A stretch of DNA of 64,000 nt from contig JAQGDQ010000237.1 of the NCBI GenBank assembly GCA_030141605.1, forward strand, positions 280,871 to 344,870, read 5' to 3'. The position numbers were made by a program, and so were the translations under genes. Shown here piece by piece: positions 1 through 13,350 of this stretch. A model generated the notes under the pieces. The model did not search any database and was not told where the DNA came from. It saw only the letters and a list, made by a program, of their open reading frames with translations. Numbering within the stretch: the stretch's first letter is position 1; each line of letters opens with the position of its first letter. The stretch comes from Tubiluchus corallicola (taxonomy: Eukaryota; Animalia; Priapulida).

Positions 1-2482
1 CTTACATAGAAGGTAAGTATTATAATAGTGCTGTTAGCGATTATATGTTCACTTATGCTATAGCCTCTTGTAGTAACGTGATAGTAAATAAAGACTAGGC
101 GTAAAAAACTAGTTATTCTTAAACTATCTGTTTTACATCACTAATTGGTACTTATTTTGTTGTTACAATTTGTACAGTGTATCACTTCTCCAGGCAACTG
201 GCATGTGACTGTCAACACACAAACTCCTACTATATAAGTTTAATCCTGCTATACAAGAATAAACAATTAAAAATGTGGTACTCAGTATTAGAATGAGGAT
301 GTTTTTCATAAATTTGCCTCGATAATAACAAGAATCAGCATAATATCTGAATACCATTCGTGAATGGTTGCTGTAGAGGTTATGTTGTCTCGGAACTAGC
401 CAATTCACCCCGTTTGGTTAGGTGCAATTATTGTCATAGATTTATTCTACTTGGACAATAGTTGTTTCGTCTTTACCAACCACTGGACATCATCCAAGAA
501 TATTTGTTTCTTTTTTTACCTTTTTCGTGAATCAGGTTCTGAAAATAGCAAAAGTTCTGTCAAAAAATGGAAATTATAAAAAACAATAATTATTCCAACG
601 CAAACTTTATTTTAGAACAATTCTCATTCGTTGGGTTTATTTAATCAGAGATTATATATTGTCGTTTCATAAGAATAACGTGAGCAACATGCATATTTGC
701 CAACAGCTAGATCCGTAGTGGTCCGTAGTAAGCCTTGACATTTTCTTCCGAAGTTCAACTGGGTCACGCAGCCAATTCGTTAGTTACAATGTATTGTTAT
801 AAACCACATTCATGACCATTCAAACGCATGTTAAATTCAAACTGAATTTACGGCGGGCGAGCCCGACTATTGATGACATCACAAACTAACATATTTTTCA
901 ACAGCAAAAATATTCCACGAGCGTGTTGCACGTGTTTGTGAAAGCGAAAATTAAAGTACAGCACTACTATAAGATATTCAGTGTGTTGCACTAAAACTAG
1001 GCACGTTTTAAGATAAAAATTCAAATATCAAATTTACCGCTGTGCTCATGCATGAGCTGTCCAACGTGTGTAGTTCGTCAGAAGCTAACTCATCTGAACT
1101 GAAAAGTACAGCACCTGTTTTTGTGCAATGTGTTTCCGAAATGTAGGCGCTAGTGTCCGTCTAACTAGCGAATGACGAAATGCATATAATAGCGAAGAAC
1201 TAATGGCGCGAAGGTGAAATTGCGTTTGTGTGGTATTAATTCTTTCACGTATGTCATTTTTGAAAAAATAGTTTCCTTTCAATATTTTAAAGAGTTGATT
1301 GTTTTGACCTACAGTTTAAGATTGCGTCCGGTTTTGCTTTAATATCATTTCTAGTTTAATACTGCGCCTGCGCACTGTTTTGTGCCTAAATCATAATTAA
1401 TTCTACGTTTAACTACATGTAACAACGCGAACAAATGAAACAATATCATGTGCTACAACGACAACAAAAATGATAAGTATCTGTAAATTAAATGGTAATT
1501 AAATCATTTGAGCTTTACTAATTATTAGCAATTAAAAGCTATAATATATGTAAGATATTGGACTGCTGTCCGCTTTTAACGGAGGCAGGACGGATGGCAC
1601 CGCGGCCTACACCGTGCGGCATGTCTCAATTAAGTCGCTCAACGCCAAACCAGAACAGAACCCGAATAATAAAGTCGAAATGACAATTTATTACTAAATA
1701 TTACAAATAGCTTACCTAAAAGAACGGAGTTTGCGGCAAAGCCTGTGAAATGTGAACAGAGCTGCGATGAAAGACACGACCACTGACAAGGATCTACGGC
1801 AGACCTTCCCTTTTTATAAGCTCAGGTATGCACGTGTCTAGTGGCTTTTACTAACACGCACACCTGAGAACTCTACTGTATTCCCCTGCCAGCATTACAC
1901 TTCATCTCATCACAGCCCTGCAGTACAATATTAAATAATTTATTAAATTTATTAAAAAAGTAAATAAAAACATTGAATACGTGGAAATGGTTTATTTCTT
2001 AAACCGTTTTCAACCACATTCAAAGCGATTTGAGTGTTTTCATGTCAGCCTAAATGTTTTCAAAATATTTTCACCAAACGGGGTTTAAAACCAGTAAATT
2101 GAAAACGTTTTCAAATCATTTTGTACTAAAATCGTTTGAGCAGCATGATGTTGGCTGGCTGGATAAACCTGTGAAACGGCTTTTTTTCAATTAAATTCAG
2201 TTCTATTCACCTTTTATTTCAGCATTAAAATTGCCATGTAATTGACTAAAAAAGATAAATTACTACACATGCACTGCACAAACACACAAAATACTAATTC
2301 TGCCAACTACATGCAACAATAATAAAAAAATCTACCACACCAAATAAGAAGAACGTCCGTCCTAAAAAATTTTGAAGTATAATCGCACGTGAGAGTCATT
2401 AGCAATATTCAGATTGCCTATTCAGGTTGCTTGTGACTTAATTTAAAAAAAGAAAGCAACAATAATTTGACGATCATTTTAG

Positions 2483-2729
2483 ACGAATGCTACGAAGTGG
2501 AGTTTCCTACACCGAGCACAACTGACTACATTCAGATAGATGGCATTTTTTCTAACGACTTAACCTCAGCATTTTCATTTTGTGGTTGGTTGAAGACAAC
2601 GGTTGGATCAGGAAGCTATGCCCAGCATCAGCTCTGGACTTGGAACAATGGCAACGATACCATTAACTTCAGATTTTCAAATTTTCAACTACACCTTGTT
2701 TTTGAAGATGATCGAGGGTATTATAAAGA
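2483..2729 (+). CDS. Pentraxin/LamG-like domain protein, internal exon
   Basis: Acceptor ttttAG at 2481-2482 and donor GTaagg at 2730. The translation includes LTSAFSFCGWLKT, matching the pentraxin 'aFT.C.W.k' strand. A candidate upstream exon ends at 12 (gaag|GTAAGT) and is phase-compatible. Confidence 0.75.
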
Positions 2730-3752
2730 GTAAGGCATGCTTCTTTTATAACTGAGTTTAGAAATGACTATAATAATACATCAAACAAACTAGCAAAAGT
2801 TGTATAGGTCCTCAGTGCAGTTGTTGTGTGACACAGGCATCCCATACCATTACTTTTTTCAAAAAGGTTTGACACATTGGAACTGCATACTGGAATCCAG
2901 TAATGAACGGGTGTGTTACTGTGCTAATGGAGTGTGGCAGGATTGGAATCTGTCGGAATATCAAGAAGGATTCTCTAAAGTGAGAAATTAAACAGGCAGG
3001 TGGATCCAAGCTACAACAACACTTTTTTAATTGAAGAAAGCCCGATAGGCTTATATTTATTTTATCTTTTCAACTCTAGAATACAGCATCACTGCAACAT
3101 GCCCATGTTTCTGTTTTATCTAAATTTGTTCTAATATTTTTTCTCTGCCAGTTGTCCAATGTTAACAGCAAAATAACAAGTATTTGAACCCACGTACAAA
3201 GGGCGGCAACTATAAGTGTCTTTTTTGCTTTACACTAAAACCTTTCAAAAAAATTTTTAAAAAGGTAAAAACGATATATTATTACATCATGTTAACCGCT
3301 TTTGGTTGCGTGTGTCACTTTTTCATGTTAACTTCCACGTGTGGGTGCACAGACAAATTAAACATACTACTTACTACACACTACTATGTACCAAGGGAGC
3401 TCTGAATCTGTAAACTTGCACCACAGTGGTAGTATTGATGGCGCTTCCAACTGCCATCTTTACCGTCTATATTTAATTTTCTTCAGTGCGTATATAGATT
3501 CTTGTATAATTCGTTTGATGTATGGATCACCACAAATGGTGCCGTCGTCAGAGCTGTAGCCTCGAATCTTATATATATATATATAAATATATATATAGCA
3601 AGAGAATTAATATATGCGATTATAGCAGCCTTTTAGTGTACTTCCACTTTTTAGCATTAAATTAAGAATTGTGAAAACAGAAAAAAAAACAGAAAAAAAC
3701 ATCTTCACCAATAATAATGGAACCTGTGTGAGTTTTTTGTTTTGTGTTTCAG

Positions 3753-4159
3753 TGTCGTGAGTACTCCGGGTAATGTGGTTCATGTGCAGGATGATGAGTG
3801 GCATTTCATCTGCGTTCCATCTTGAAGGAAATTACAAGTTTCATGTTGACGCTCAGATGATTTACTCCGTGAATACAGGATATTTAACCGACTACCTCTT
3901 GCCCGTAAACAGATCTTTGTTTATAGGACAGTATGCTAAAACCTGGGGTGACAGGAGTTTCCAACTGGTAAATGCTTTCCAGGGCAAGATTGCAGGCTTT
4001 AATTTTTACGACTACATATTAAGTAATGAAGAAATCCAAGATTTGTTCTTGTATTGCTATAATAGTGGTGGGAACCTGTTGGCTTGGAGTAAAATGAAGA
4101 ATGGTTTAATGGGAGATGCAGCTGTCAGCAATGATACACCATCGTGTATCAGCTTTTAA
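3753..4159 (+). pseudogene. Pentraxin/LamG-like domain, terminal exon with an apparent frameshift near 3814 (pseudogene, allele or assembly error)
   Basis: Acceptor tttcAG at 3751-3752. The spliced frame reads DVVSTPGNVVHVQDDEWHFIC (LamG/pentraxin D..WH.IC motif) and then hits TGA at 3823-3825. The rest of the domain (LFIGQ...FQGKIAGFNFYDYILSNEEI...C....GNLLAW) lies in a different frame ending at 4159. Confidence 0.65.
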
Positions 4160-4264
4160 TGCTAAATCCCATAAGCGTTACAAAAGCTTACGATTACCAG
4201 GAATTTATAATATATTTTATACATATGCAAAATGTTTGAATGTTGACAATTAGTCCAGTTCCTT

Positions 4265-4850
4265 ATGCATTTTCGTTATTTTTTTTTTGGAGATTTGCAA
4301 AACTATACATTTTTGGAATCGTTAGAGAATCTAAAAATGTATCTTTTCGTTTTTTTAAAACCTGCTGTGGTCATAAAAAACTGTAACACAAACCTAATAG
4401 CCATGAATTGGAGCTTACTGATACTGGCAACCTAATTATGTATGAGGTTATTGCTAATGGCCAAGATATAATAGCATGCATTGATAGAATTCAAATATTC
4501 GATTGGAAACTGCGAAAACAAAGTTACAACCCATAACGAAGATGGGGGTACCACCTGGAAAGTTGTTAAAATGTACAGCCCCGCCCTGCCCCCAACATCT
4601 TAGCCCTTTTGCCCATGTATATACATTGCTTTGTCCAGTTCACAAGGAAAGAACTAACCACTGGAACTGGAGCTTATCTTGCAGTGAATATATGACAAAA
4701 AATCATTATTTAGAAAGTGTCATTTTGAGATGGCTACCAAGCTGATTTTGAAAAAAAAGGAAAGATAATTTATATGTTGAGGCAGATCCTTAGCTTTCCA
4801 AAAATGTATAGGATATCTAATCTCCAAAATTTTTGAACGAACCAATGCAT
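4265..4850. mobile_element. Putative non-autonomous DNA transposon (MITE-like) remnant with degenerate inverted repeats
   Basis: ctatacatttttggaa (4303-4318) is the exact reverse complement of ttccaaaaatgtatag (4796-4811). ttttggagatt (4285-4295) pairs with aatctccaaaa (4819-4829), and atgcat occurs at both outer ends. There is no coding capacity between them. Confidence 0.5.
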
Positions 4851-7800
4851 TACATACTAGACTAAACTTCTAATTGCATATCATTAGAAAATTTGGAATG
4901 CAGTGTACTTGAATAAACTATTATAGATCTATATTATAGCGATTTTATATATGTATACGAATGCAAAGCAGAAACTTAAAAATGTATGGCATATTTTAAA
5001 TGCATGGGATAGGGTATAACGAACTGCAAGGATTAATGTATTGGGAAAGAACTCTTTGGAGTTCTAGCAGATTCACTTATTAGTTAATATGCATCGCTAA
5101 ATGTTATTTTACGTTGTATTGTTAAAACACATTATTATAACTTTATTTTATTGCTTATAAATTTGTGAGCTTGCAGAGGTGATTATATCTATATTAGCTT
5201 TCTTATTTTTTGTTTAATGTTATCTAGGTCTATTAAGAATTTTCACTTTATACGGTCTTCAAAAAAGTCAGTATGTATTAGTTTTGTTTTTGATTTAGTA
5301 AAGGTATTTAAATTTGATATCTTAATGCGGAGAAGAAAGTTGGCACTTTCAGTTATTCAGTAGGACCATGCATACACCTACATTTCACATTTTTAACTCA
5401 TAATGAAAAAATATCAAAAAATAGCAAAATTTTGGAAAATGGGTTTAATTATAACCTTTTTGCGCAAGCCGGATGTACGGCAATATATTCGAGTACATTT
5501 GTATCTCGTAATTATAGCTTTTATGATCATTACACCATACCGTGTTGTAGTGGCTAATATAAATATGTTTATTACTCACATTAAGTCTGACAACCTTGTA
5601 GATCTACTATTTCCTAAAAATAAGTTGGTAGATTAAAAGATAGCACTTATTTTTTGTGATATGTTGCTGAGCAATTGGCAAAAAATATTGTTGCCACTGT
5701 TTTTGTGTACTATCATTATAATGGTCGCTTAATGTCTGTTGAGGGCTATAAGACCAGTTAGATGGCTAGACCACAAGTTTTTCAATTCTCCTCAGATCAA
5801 TAGGCCCGAGAGAAGTTAGTTGGTAGTTGGGGGGGGGGGGGTTAAAGGTCTATTTTATAATACGACTACCCAAGCACGACATCTCTTGGTTAAACAATGG
5901 ATTAGTATTTTAGCTGCTTTAATTAGTAGGCTTACTGTACATAACATTCTTAAAATCTTTTTATAACGAGGCCAATTTCATAAAGAAGCACCGTAATAAA
6001 TTTTATTAAATTTTTATTTTAAAATATGTTCTGTGCAGCAAAAATTTTGGCTTAAAGCCAAGTTTGCATTTTTTACAATTACTATGTGCTTTTTAGTTAT
6101 GTTTCTACCCGGATAAACATTTTTTGTTCTATTAAAGTTGTGAATTGTTTCTGTGACAAGGATAGCCAAAGCACTTAGGTTTTTGTAAGCGTATGCCTTC
6201 TTTATATCGCACTTCTAAATTTCTATCGATTTCCTCAAAATAAAGTTTGTCACAAGTTTAGCTTAGTTTTGTAAACACCACATTTTTAAAATCGTAAGAA
6301 TTATTTTGAAAGAAATCAATTTTGAGTCATATTTATATTAAACCAACCTAGTATTAACTGCGTAAGGTGCGGTTTGTACTGTTACATGGAAACAATGGGA
6401 AATTTCTGTGATACAGCATTTCGAGGTAAAGAATTGTTTACTTCTGGAAACCAAGCAAAATGTTGACTTCTAGCCTTACTCAGAGCGTGATCCGGATGAG
6501 ATAGATTTTTCAAAGTAATAAAAATATGACTCATCTCTTCTGGTAAAAATTTTTTTATTGCAAATTCGTATAGCTCTCAAAAATAAATCAAGCCAACAGA
6601 GAATTTAAGATTAATTGCTGTATAACAGAAAGAGTGAAGGTAAGTTTCAGCATTAGTATTTTTCTGATAAACTGAAAACGTTGAATGTGCATAATGTTTA
6701 TGAATATGTACGTCTAAAACGGTGTTTTTTATTCTGTTCAACTTCAGAAGTAAAGTTACGGGTTGGTACAAAGATTACAAGCAGTTGAAAAACAAATGGC
6801 TATTAAAGTCGGTAGAAATTAACCACAAACTATCATCTACATAACGTTACGAAATTTTTGGTCGTACTTTCAACATGTTCCCGAAATAAATATGCAAGAA
6901 CAAGGGTCAAGGGGTTTCCTACGGCCTACAAATGTTTGCTTATAAAAGTTTTTCCAAAATTGAAAAAAAGAACTCACGCAACCCAGTTCCACGTGTTTTA
7001 GAAAGCGTTCACTAGAAAAAGAAGATGAAAGTCTAGAGTTGACAATATTCTCCGAAGAAAGTTAAATGTGGGTTCCGAAGAAACATTTGTAAGAGTAACT
7101 GAACATTAAAAGAAATCTTTATTTATCATTCCACTTTATTGGCACTACATTACGAAGTTTGTCAATAACATCTAAATTATGTCCCAGGTGTGCACCCGAA
7201 AAGCTACCTAGCAACTTTGTCTGATCAGTGTTTAGCCAAGAATTTGAATAACCTACCTAGTATAACATGGTGAACCACAATTGGAAATAATTGTAGGTTT
7301 CCTGGGCTTATGAATTTTAGGCAGTCCATAAGCATAAGGTAAAGATGACAACCAAGAAATGGAACACTTTAAAATATCTTTATGATCTGAAAACTGAGAA
7401 ATAATAACATTTTCTGTTAAATGAAGCTTGCATATCCTGAAACTGATTTTTGCTCACCTTTTGTTAACAGAACCGTCATTAAGAATATCATCCATCTTAT
7501 GATCGTAAACTGATTTCCATGCGGTGCATTTCTTTTGCTTTTGGCAGATAAATGTTATGAATTAATATACAGATGACATGAAGTCCTCCACTGGTGGCGT
7601 CTTCACAAATTTTTAGTTTTTTACAGTGCGTTCGGAAAAGTAGAGGGATCAATAGCAAAATATGCTAAATCTCTATTAATTATTACGGATTATGAATTAT
7701 GAAATAACGAATGCTAAGAATTCAAATAATATTGCTAAACATAAGCTTTGTGACAAAGACAACAATGGTCATTTTCTTTTCGTTTCCGTTTTTCTTTTGG

Positions 7801-8453
7801 AACAAACATCTCACGAAAATCTTAAGCCCATGTTCACGGCAGTTACTTTTTTGGTTTTTTAACTGAAATTACAAAAGACAAATGAAATAGCGGAGAGGTC
7901 ACAGAGTACGCTTAGCAACCGAAGCTAAGCAAAGCTGGTCCTGCTCTGTAAGTGAATGGAAGTCTGCTTGGAAAACTGTCTCTGAATAGTTTGCACACAT
8001 TCCCTTAAATCAGAGGATGACCAAGACACCTTTGCCCGGTACTGTGTCTCATCGTAACAGAAATAGTTTTTTATAAAAACAACGTTCGGTAAGTATACTC
8101 TCTCCAAAAAGAAGGTTCTTAGCTTTCGCTGAATACCATACTGAACGCAAGACGAAATCCAGCATTAATAGCAAGTTCTAGACCTACTAATATAGGCCTA
8201 ATTTAATGGTTTTAATTGGATAGGAATCTAGCTAATTATCGGGGATAATTCTGCAAGTCTTGTCAGCTTTGTTTTAGTCAAGCCAATATTCTCAAATTTC
8301 TTTGTTCTCACCAATGAATTACAGGTCATTAATCTTGGAAAAAAGTGACTAAGCGAAGCTACGAAAAATGGAATCAGTAATTCTGAGCAAAACAAGCTAC
8401 ATCAACGTCTCTAATCCAACCTTTTCAACTTCGAAGAATTGAGAAAGCCAAAC

Positions 8454-9614
8454 ATGGCAGAGCAGGACGCACTCTTACCAGTGGTCAAGCACAGCAAAAC
8501 TGGACAGTTAGTTCCATCACGAGTGAATCGCATTCCGGAACCCATTCCAGTTTTCGTGTACAGGAATGGAGACAAATTCTTCACACCTATTAAACTGATA
8601 TTTCATCAACATGAAACGCTAGAGATGATTTTGCAAATTATTTCCAAAAAGATTTCGTTAACTCGTGGTCATGTTGACCAGCTGTACCAGATTGCCGATG
8701 GTTCCCTGATAACGGATGAGAAAATGTTGAAATCCTGGGATCGTTTAGCGGCTGCTACAATGCATGAAGAGTTCCAAAACGTTAAATATGTATCACCACA
8801 GCTAAAGAAAAACATCAAGGACCCTCATCGTCTGGAAAAACTGAAAGCCGAGCATTTTAAGGTGTCCAAGGGAATCGTTGTTGGAAAATCCAAGAAGCGG
8901 CATTCGCTTCCCGCAGAGCCCTTCTCTAAAAGGGATATAACTGTCCAGCAAAAATCACAGAGACCAAAAGCAGAGGATGACGACGATGATTTTGTGGCGT
9001 TCAGGAAAGTTATAACATCTAGAAGACGGCATACATTTCATGGAGATACTTTCGCCATGCACGACGCCATGGAACTGTTACAAAGCTCAATAGCAAAAGG
9101 TGGTAAACTGGAGAAGCTAGATGAACTTGATGAAACCCCTATATATTTGCAAGATGAACTTCAAACAAAAAGTCTGACTGAAGTGACTCAAAAGGGCAGT
9201 GAAAAAGCGAAAAGTTCTGCCAAGAAGAATTTGGAGACAATGAAAATGTCACGGCGCTTAACAGCAACAGATAGTAAACTGGAGAAGTTGGACGAATACG
9301 ATGAAAGTCCTGTATATAAAGAAGACGAATTTCAAACAAAAAGGGCTACTGATGTGACTGAAAAGGACAGCGAAGAAGCAAAAAATTCTGGATTTGAAAA
9401 ATCAAAAAATGCTCACATTATCTTCTACGGGAGCACCGAGGATCTTGACGAATGGTACAAGTCACAACTGCAACCAGTGGGCTCGTGGACGTGGTGGAAT
9501 ACGTGTTACGACAGATCAAGTAAATGGCACAAATGGATCGATGCCTACTTGAGGTCAACCCGTAAACACGCGAAAGATCTATGTTGCCCCAAAACAGGGG
9601 CACATGAAAATTAG
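8454..9614 (+). CDS. Doublecortin (DCX)-like single-domain protein, paralog A (386 aa), with shared orphan C-terminal motif
   Basis: ATG at 8454 (the ORF-track start at 8439 is TTG). VFVYRNGDKFF...LEMILQIISKKISLTRGHVDQLYQIADG...E.FQNVKY matches the DCX pattern (YRNGD..F, L..l...l, G.v..lY..dG, E.F...Y). Splice acceptor at 8323-8324 in the 5' UTR, with a candidate donor at 8089. Confidence 0.8.
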   Translation: MAEQDALLPVVKHSKTGQLVPSRVNRIPEPIPVFVYRNGDKFFTPIKLIFHQHETLEMILQIISKKISLTRGHVDQLYQIADGSLITDEKMLKSWDRLAAATMHEEFQNVKYVSPQLKKNIKDPHRLEKLKAEHFKVSKGIVVGKSKKRHSLPAEPFSKRDITVQQKSQRPKAEDDDDDFVAFRKVITSRRRHTFHGDTFAMHDAMELLQSSIAKGGKLEKLDELDETPIYLQDELQTKSLTEVTQKGSEKAKSSAKKNLETMKMSRRLTATDSKLEKLDEYDESPVYKEDEFQTKRATDVTEKDSEEAKNSGFEKSKNAHIIFYGSTEDLDEWYKSQLQPVGSWTWWNTCYDRSSKWHKWIDAYLRSTRKHAKDLCCPKTGAHEN

Positions 9615-11230
9615 ATTGTTTGCAGCTCAGTAAAAATAGCTACAACGAAAATTATTATTTACTTGTACGCCTAGCGAAAGTTAAGAAACTGATGACACTT
9701 AATGGATTTTGTTACTGTATAATAATAATTATGTTCTTATATATCAGTTATCTATTTAATTTTTACGTTTGCACACATTTGTGCTGTGCATTAAAATTTA
9801 AATATTATATAATCATACTATTTTTTAATCATGACATTTGCCCGTATACATAACCGACATACATAAGGCAACAAAGTTAATGTAGAAGATTGCAGCAGAA
9901 TAATAAAGAAGAAATTGTTAAATCCACGACCAAATTCAAATGAGTAGAGGCACATGGACACAGAATGACGTCATTTTATATGTCAGTATTGCATTATTTT
10001 TCTGTCGTTATTTCGTTACTAAGACAACAGTTTCTATGCAGTGCGATCAAAAATACTAGAAGAAGCCAACTACAGTGAGTATAGTAAATCGATTACAGAT
10101 ATTTTCGAAAAAAAAATCCTGAAAACATGCCCATGCACGCATTTACGCACACGCGCATTTCCGCTCAGATAATAGAAAATAAACCAAACAAACGAACAGA
10201 ACAATCACGGTTGTAGTTTTTGTGTTTTTGTGTTTTTTGTTTATTTCAAAACAGATATTAAAATTTTTAGCCCTGCATATCCGGCAAGCACAGAGACTAA
10301 ATGGTTCGTTATGTGAAGTTACAAACAGAAAGCATGAATTCATTGAGTATTTGTTTCGAAGCGTTGCAATTTTACTAGCATGACAGCATTTCCTATTACA
10401 CAGTTTTGGGTGCTGAAGAAGACCAGAAGTGATCAAACTATCTATCCAGGAATAAACTCCCAACAAAAATTAATGACTTTTATGTTTATATACTTTTTGG
10501 GAAAGTTGGCTAGTGGACAAAAAAAATAAGTCCCTCTTAAAAATGCTATAGGACCTAAGAATCTTTATCCAATTTGTATGTAAATTTAACACGGTAAAGT
10601 GACATTTATGTAGCACCCCTAATGCGAATGAGTTATGAGGGGTTATGGAATAAATAAAATCGGTTTATATTGTTTTCAATGCAGCCGTTTGTCAGACCTG
10701 CGTTATGCGACATTTTCTTCTGCGGGTATTTCCTATTGATTTTTTTTATTTCGCAGCTATTCCGCAGCTAGATAACACATTCCGGATGCTACACAAACGC
10801 TACTTAAAACAGAAATTTTTCCACACTTATCCGCCGTTATTGCTAAGAAAGTCGAAAAAATAAACATTTTCTGCTTGATTTTGACATTTAACCTATAAAA
10901 ATGAGAAAAACTAGATACTTCCTATGAAGTACTGTCTTAATGGACGCGTTAATTCATTTTATTTTATTTACTCATTTATTTTACTTTTGTTTTTTTTTCA
11001 GATTTCCAAATTCTTTTCTTCTCTCATGTATCTCAGTGGAATCACTCTTCCTTAGCATTTTATCAACGCCTGATCTTGACTACTTCTTATTGGGAAACTT
11101 ACAGAAAATCGGGAAGGTGGCAACAATAAAACTTTAGCAGTCGGTAAACGAGGAATTCGATTGTGTACGTTACGTACGCACCGCTAGTGAAACACATTAC
11201 GAAATTCCGCTAGTCAAGCAGGGAACGAAA

Positions 11231-11572
11231 ATGTCGACTAATGGCGCAGGAACACAGGCATCAGAGCAAAGCAAAGAGTTTACTGATATAAGAGAGACTG
11301 GGGAGAAATCAGTAAAAGAAAGCGACAAAAACACTGCTGAGGCTACAACCGTGCAGTTAGATAAGGAAAAAGTGGTCGCCTCCAGCGGCTCTACTCAAAA
11401 ATACAGCCGCCCCTTTTTCTATGGAAGCAGTGAAGACCTAAGAGACCTTTATAAAACGCAAAAATTTGCAGTGGGCTCATGGACGTGGTGGGACGTACGC
11501 AATGAAAAAGAGATGACTAGCGATTGGCAGAAAAAACATGAAATCTTCTGTATGTTGAAGAAACCAAAATAG
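11231..11572 (+). CDS. Small protein, paralog B (113 aa): disordered N-terminus plus the shared YGS.EDL...GSW.WW C-terminal motif, no DCX domain
   Basis: Good ATG context (aaaATG), a strong acceptor at 11000-11001 upstream, and a C-terminus FYGSSEDLRDLYKTQKFAVGSWTWW that is clearly homologous to the C-termini of the 8454 and 14253 ORFs. Confidence 0.75.
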   Translation: MSTNGAGTQASEQSKEFTDIRETGEKSVKESDKNTAEATTVQLDKEKVVASSGSTQKYSRPFFYGSSEDLRDLYKTQKFAVGSWTWWDVRNEKEMTSDWQKKHEIFCMLKKPK

Positions 11573-12452
11573 GAGAAGAAATTGGAGTGGTTTTGTATTA
11601 TCTGCATACATTAAGTTATTTATTAAATCTTGTTTTGGTTTAGCATAGGCTTAATACTTTGATTAATTTTAGTGTCGTTACTATTATTTGACAAATTACT
11701 GCTATACATAGTAACATTTTACATTAAACAAAGTTAAATGTATTTTGTGTGATAATGGTAAACCGTTTAAGATTTTTTTTCATTTTTGAATAGCCTTTAA
11801 TTGCTATGAATTTCTAAAGCGCATGTATTTACCAAAGGTCCATAGTTCATAAGAGAAAAATTCATAACAGAAAAAAAATAACACTAAAGTACTTATTCTG
11901 TTTGATGGCACTTTAAAATAATTGGTTAATGCCAACTTTTACTCTTTCCATAATTGATAGGCTTCACAGCAGTTACTTAATTGATATAAGATGCCATGAT
12001 AATTTGAAATTGTTACTTTGTTGCTAAGTCAACATACACTAACTCAAGCGCACATCTCTCATTCTGCCTCCAGGAGCACCTCTCCCCCTTCACTCCAATG
12101 GAACAACATTTTGATTGCATCACTACGTGACAGGCATTTTTGCAGCTAGTCACGCTTGCTTATTATTGTTGTTGTTGTTGTTGTTGTTATCGCACATTCT
12201 TTTGCGATTTTTAATTTAATTTATCATAATAAAAATAACATGTGCTGCCACCTACAGTTAACATTATTTATTTGAGTCAAGTTTAATCCAGTTTGTGGAC
12301 TTGGTCTGTACTGCTCAGTCACCTGCACCTCATGGTGTGTTCTAACTACCAGCTGTAAACCAGCCTATAGCAGTCTAATATTCTTCAAGTTCTACAAAGA
12401 CAATACTCCCTTCCATGCTGTTTGCTATAAAAGCTTTCTACCATTAATATGC

Positions 12453-12453
<1 letters not shown>

Positions 12454-12528
<75 letters not shown>

Positions 12529-12547
12529 GTATTATTATCATCATCAC

Positions 12548-12579
<32 letters not shown>

Positions 12580-12580
12580 C
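12454..12580. repeat. Compound (TTA)n/(CAT)n microsatellite
   Basis: Directly visible trinucleotide arrays. Confidence 0.95.
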
Positions 12581-13126
12581 CAACACTCTATTATCCTAGA
12601 GCAAAATGTTTGTGTTAAGTGGTAAAAACTATTATTTTAATTAATAGTATTTTCCTCTTCTTAAGCTGAATTTAAATTTTGACATGTTTTCTTTTTTGTT
12701 CAGATGCTTTTGATATTAACCTGCATATTGTTTATGAATTTTGCTTTTAATATTATTGCCTTTATTTGATTTACATAAGTTATTTTCCATATGGCTTTTT
12801 TTCATTTGCTTGCAATCTTAGCTTTCTATTAGTTTTTTAAAATTTTGGATTTTTATTGTCTTTTATTGCTTTAATTTTCTTTTATATTCTCCTTTTTGGC
12901 TGTGCATCATATAACTTTTTTTTTCAATTGCTTGTATTTTTATAGCATCATTTTTAACATGTTAAATCTTTTTGCTTTGTTTCATTATTTTAAGTTCTTT
13001 TCAGATTGCAATCTTGGCTTTTTTGTGCTTCTGCTTTTTGTCTTTATGTATTAAGTCACAATGTTTGTATTATACATGCAACCAGGAACTTGTAAAATCG
13101 CTTTTCTGACTCATGTTAAATAAATA

Positions 13127-13350
13127 TCTTCTCTTCTCTTCTCTTCTCTTCTCTTCTCTTCTCTTCTCTTCTCTTCTCTTCTCTTCTCTTCTCTTCTCTT
13201 CTCTTCTCTTCTCTTCTCTTCTCTTCTCTTCTCTTCTCTTCTCTTCTCTTGCCTTGCCTTGCCTTGCCTTGCCTTGCCTTGCCTTGCCTTGCCTTGCCTT
13301 GCCTTGCCTTGTCTTTTGTCTTGTCTTGTCTTTTGTCTTGTCTTGTCTTG
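13127..13350. repeat. Compound pentanucleotide microsatellite (CTCTT)n-(GCCTT)n-(GTCTT)n
   Basis: Directly visible. It explains the REEKR/LFSSL/QGKAR ORFs in the ORF track. Confidence 0.95.
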
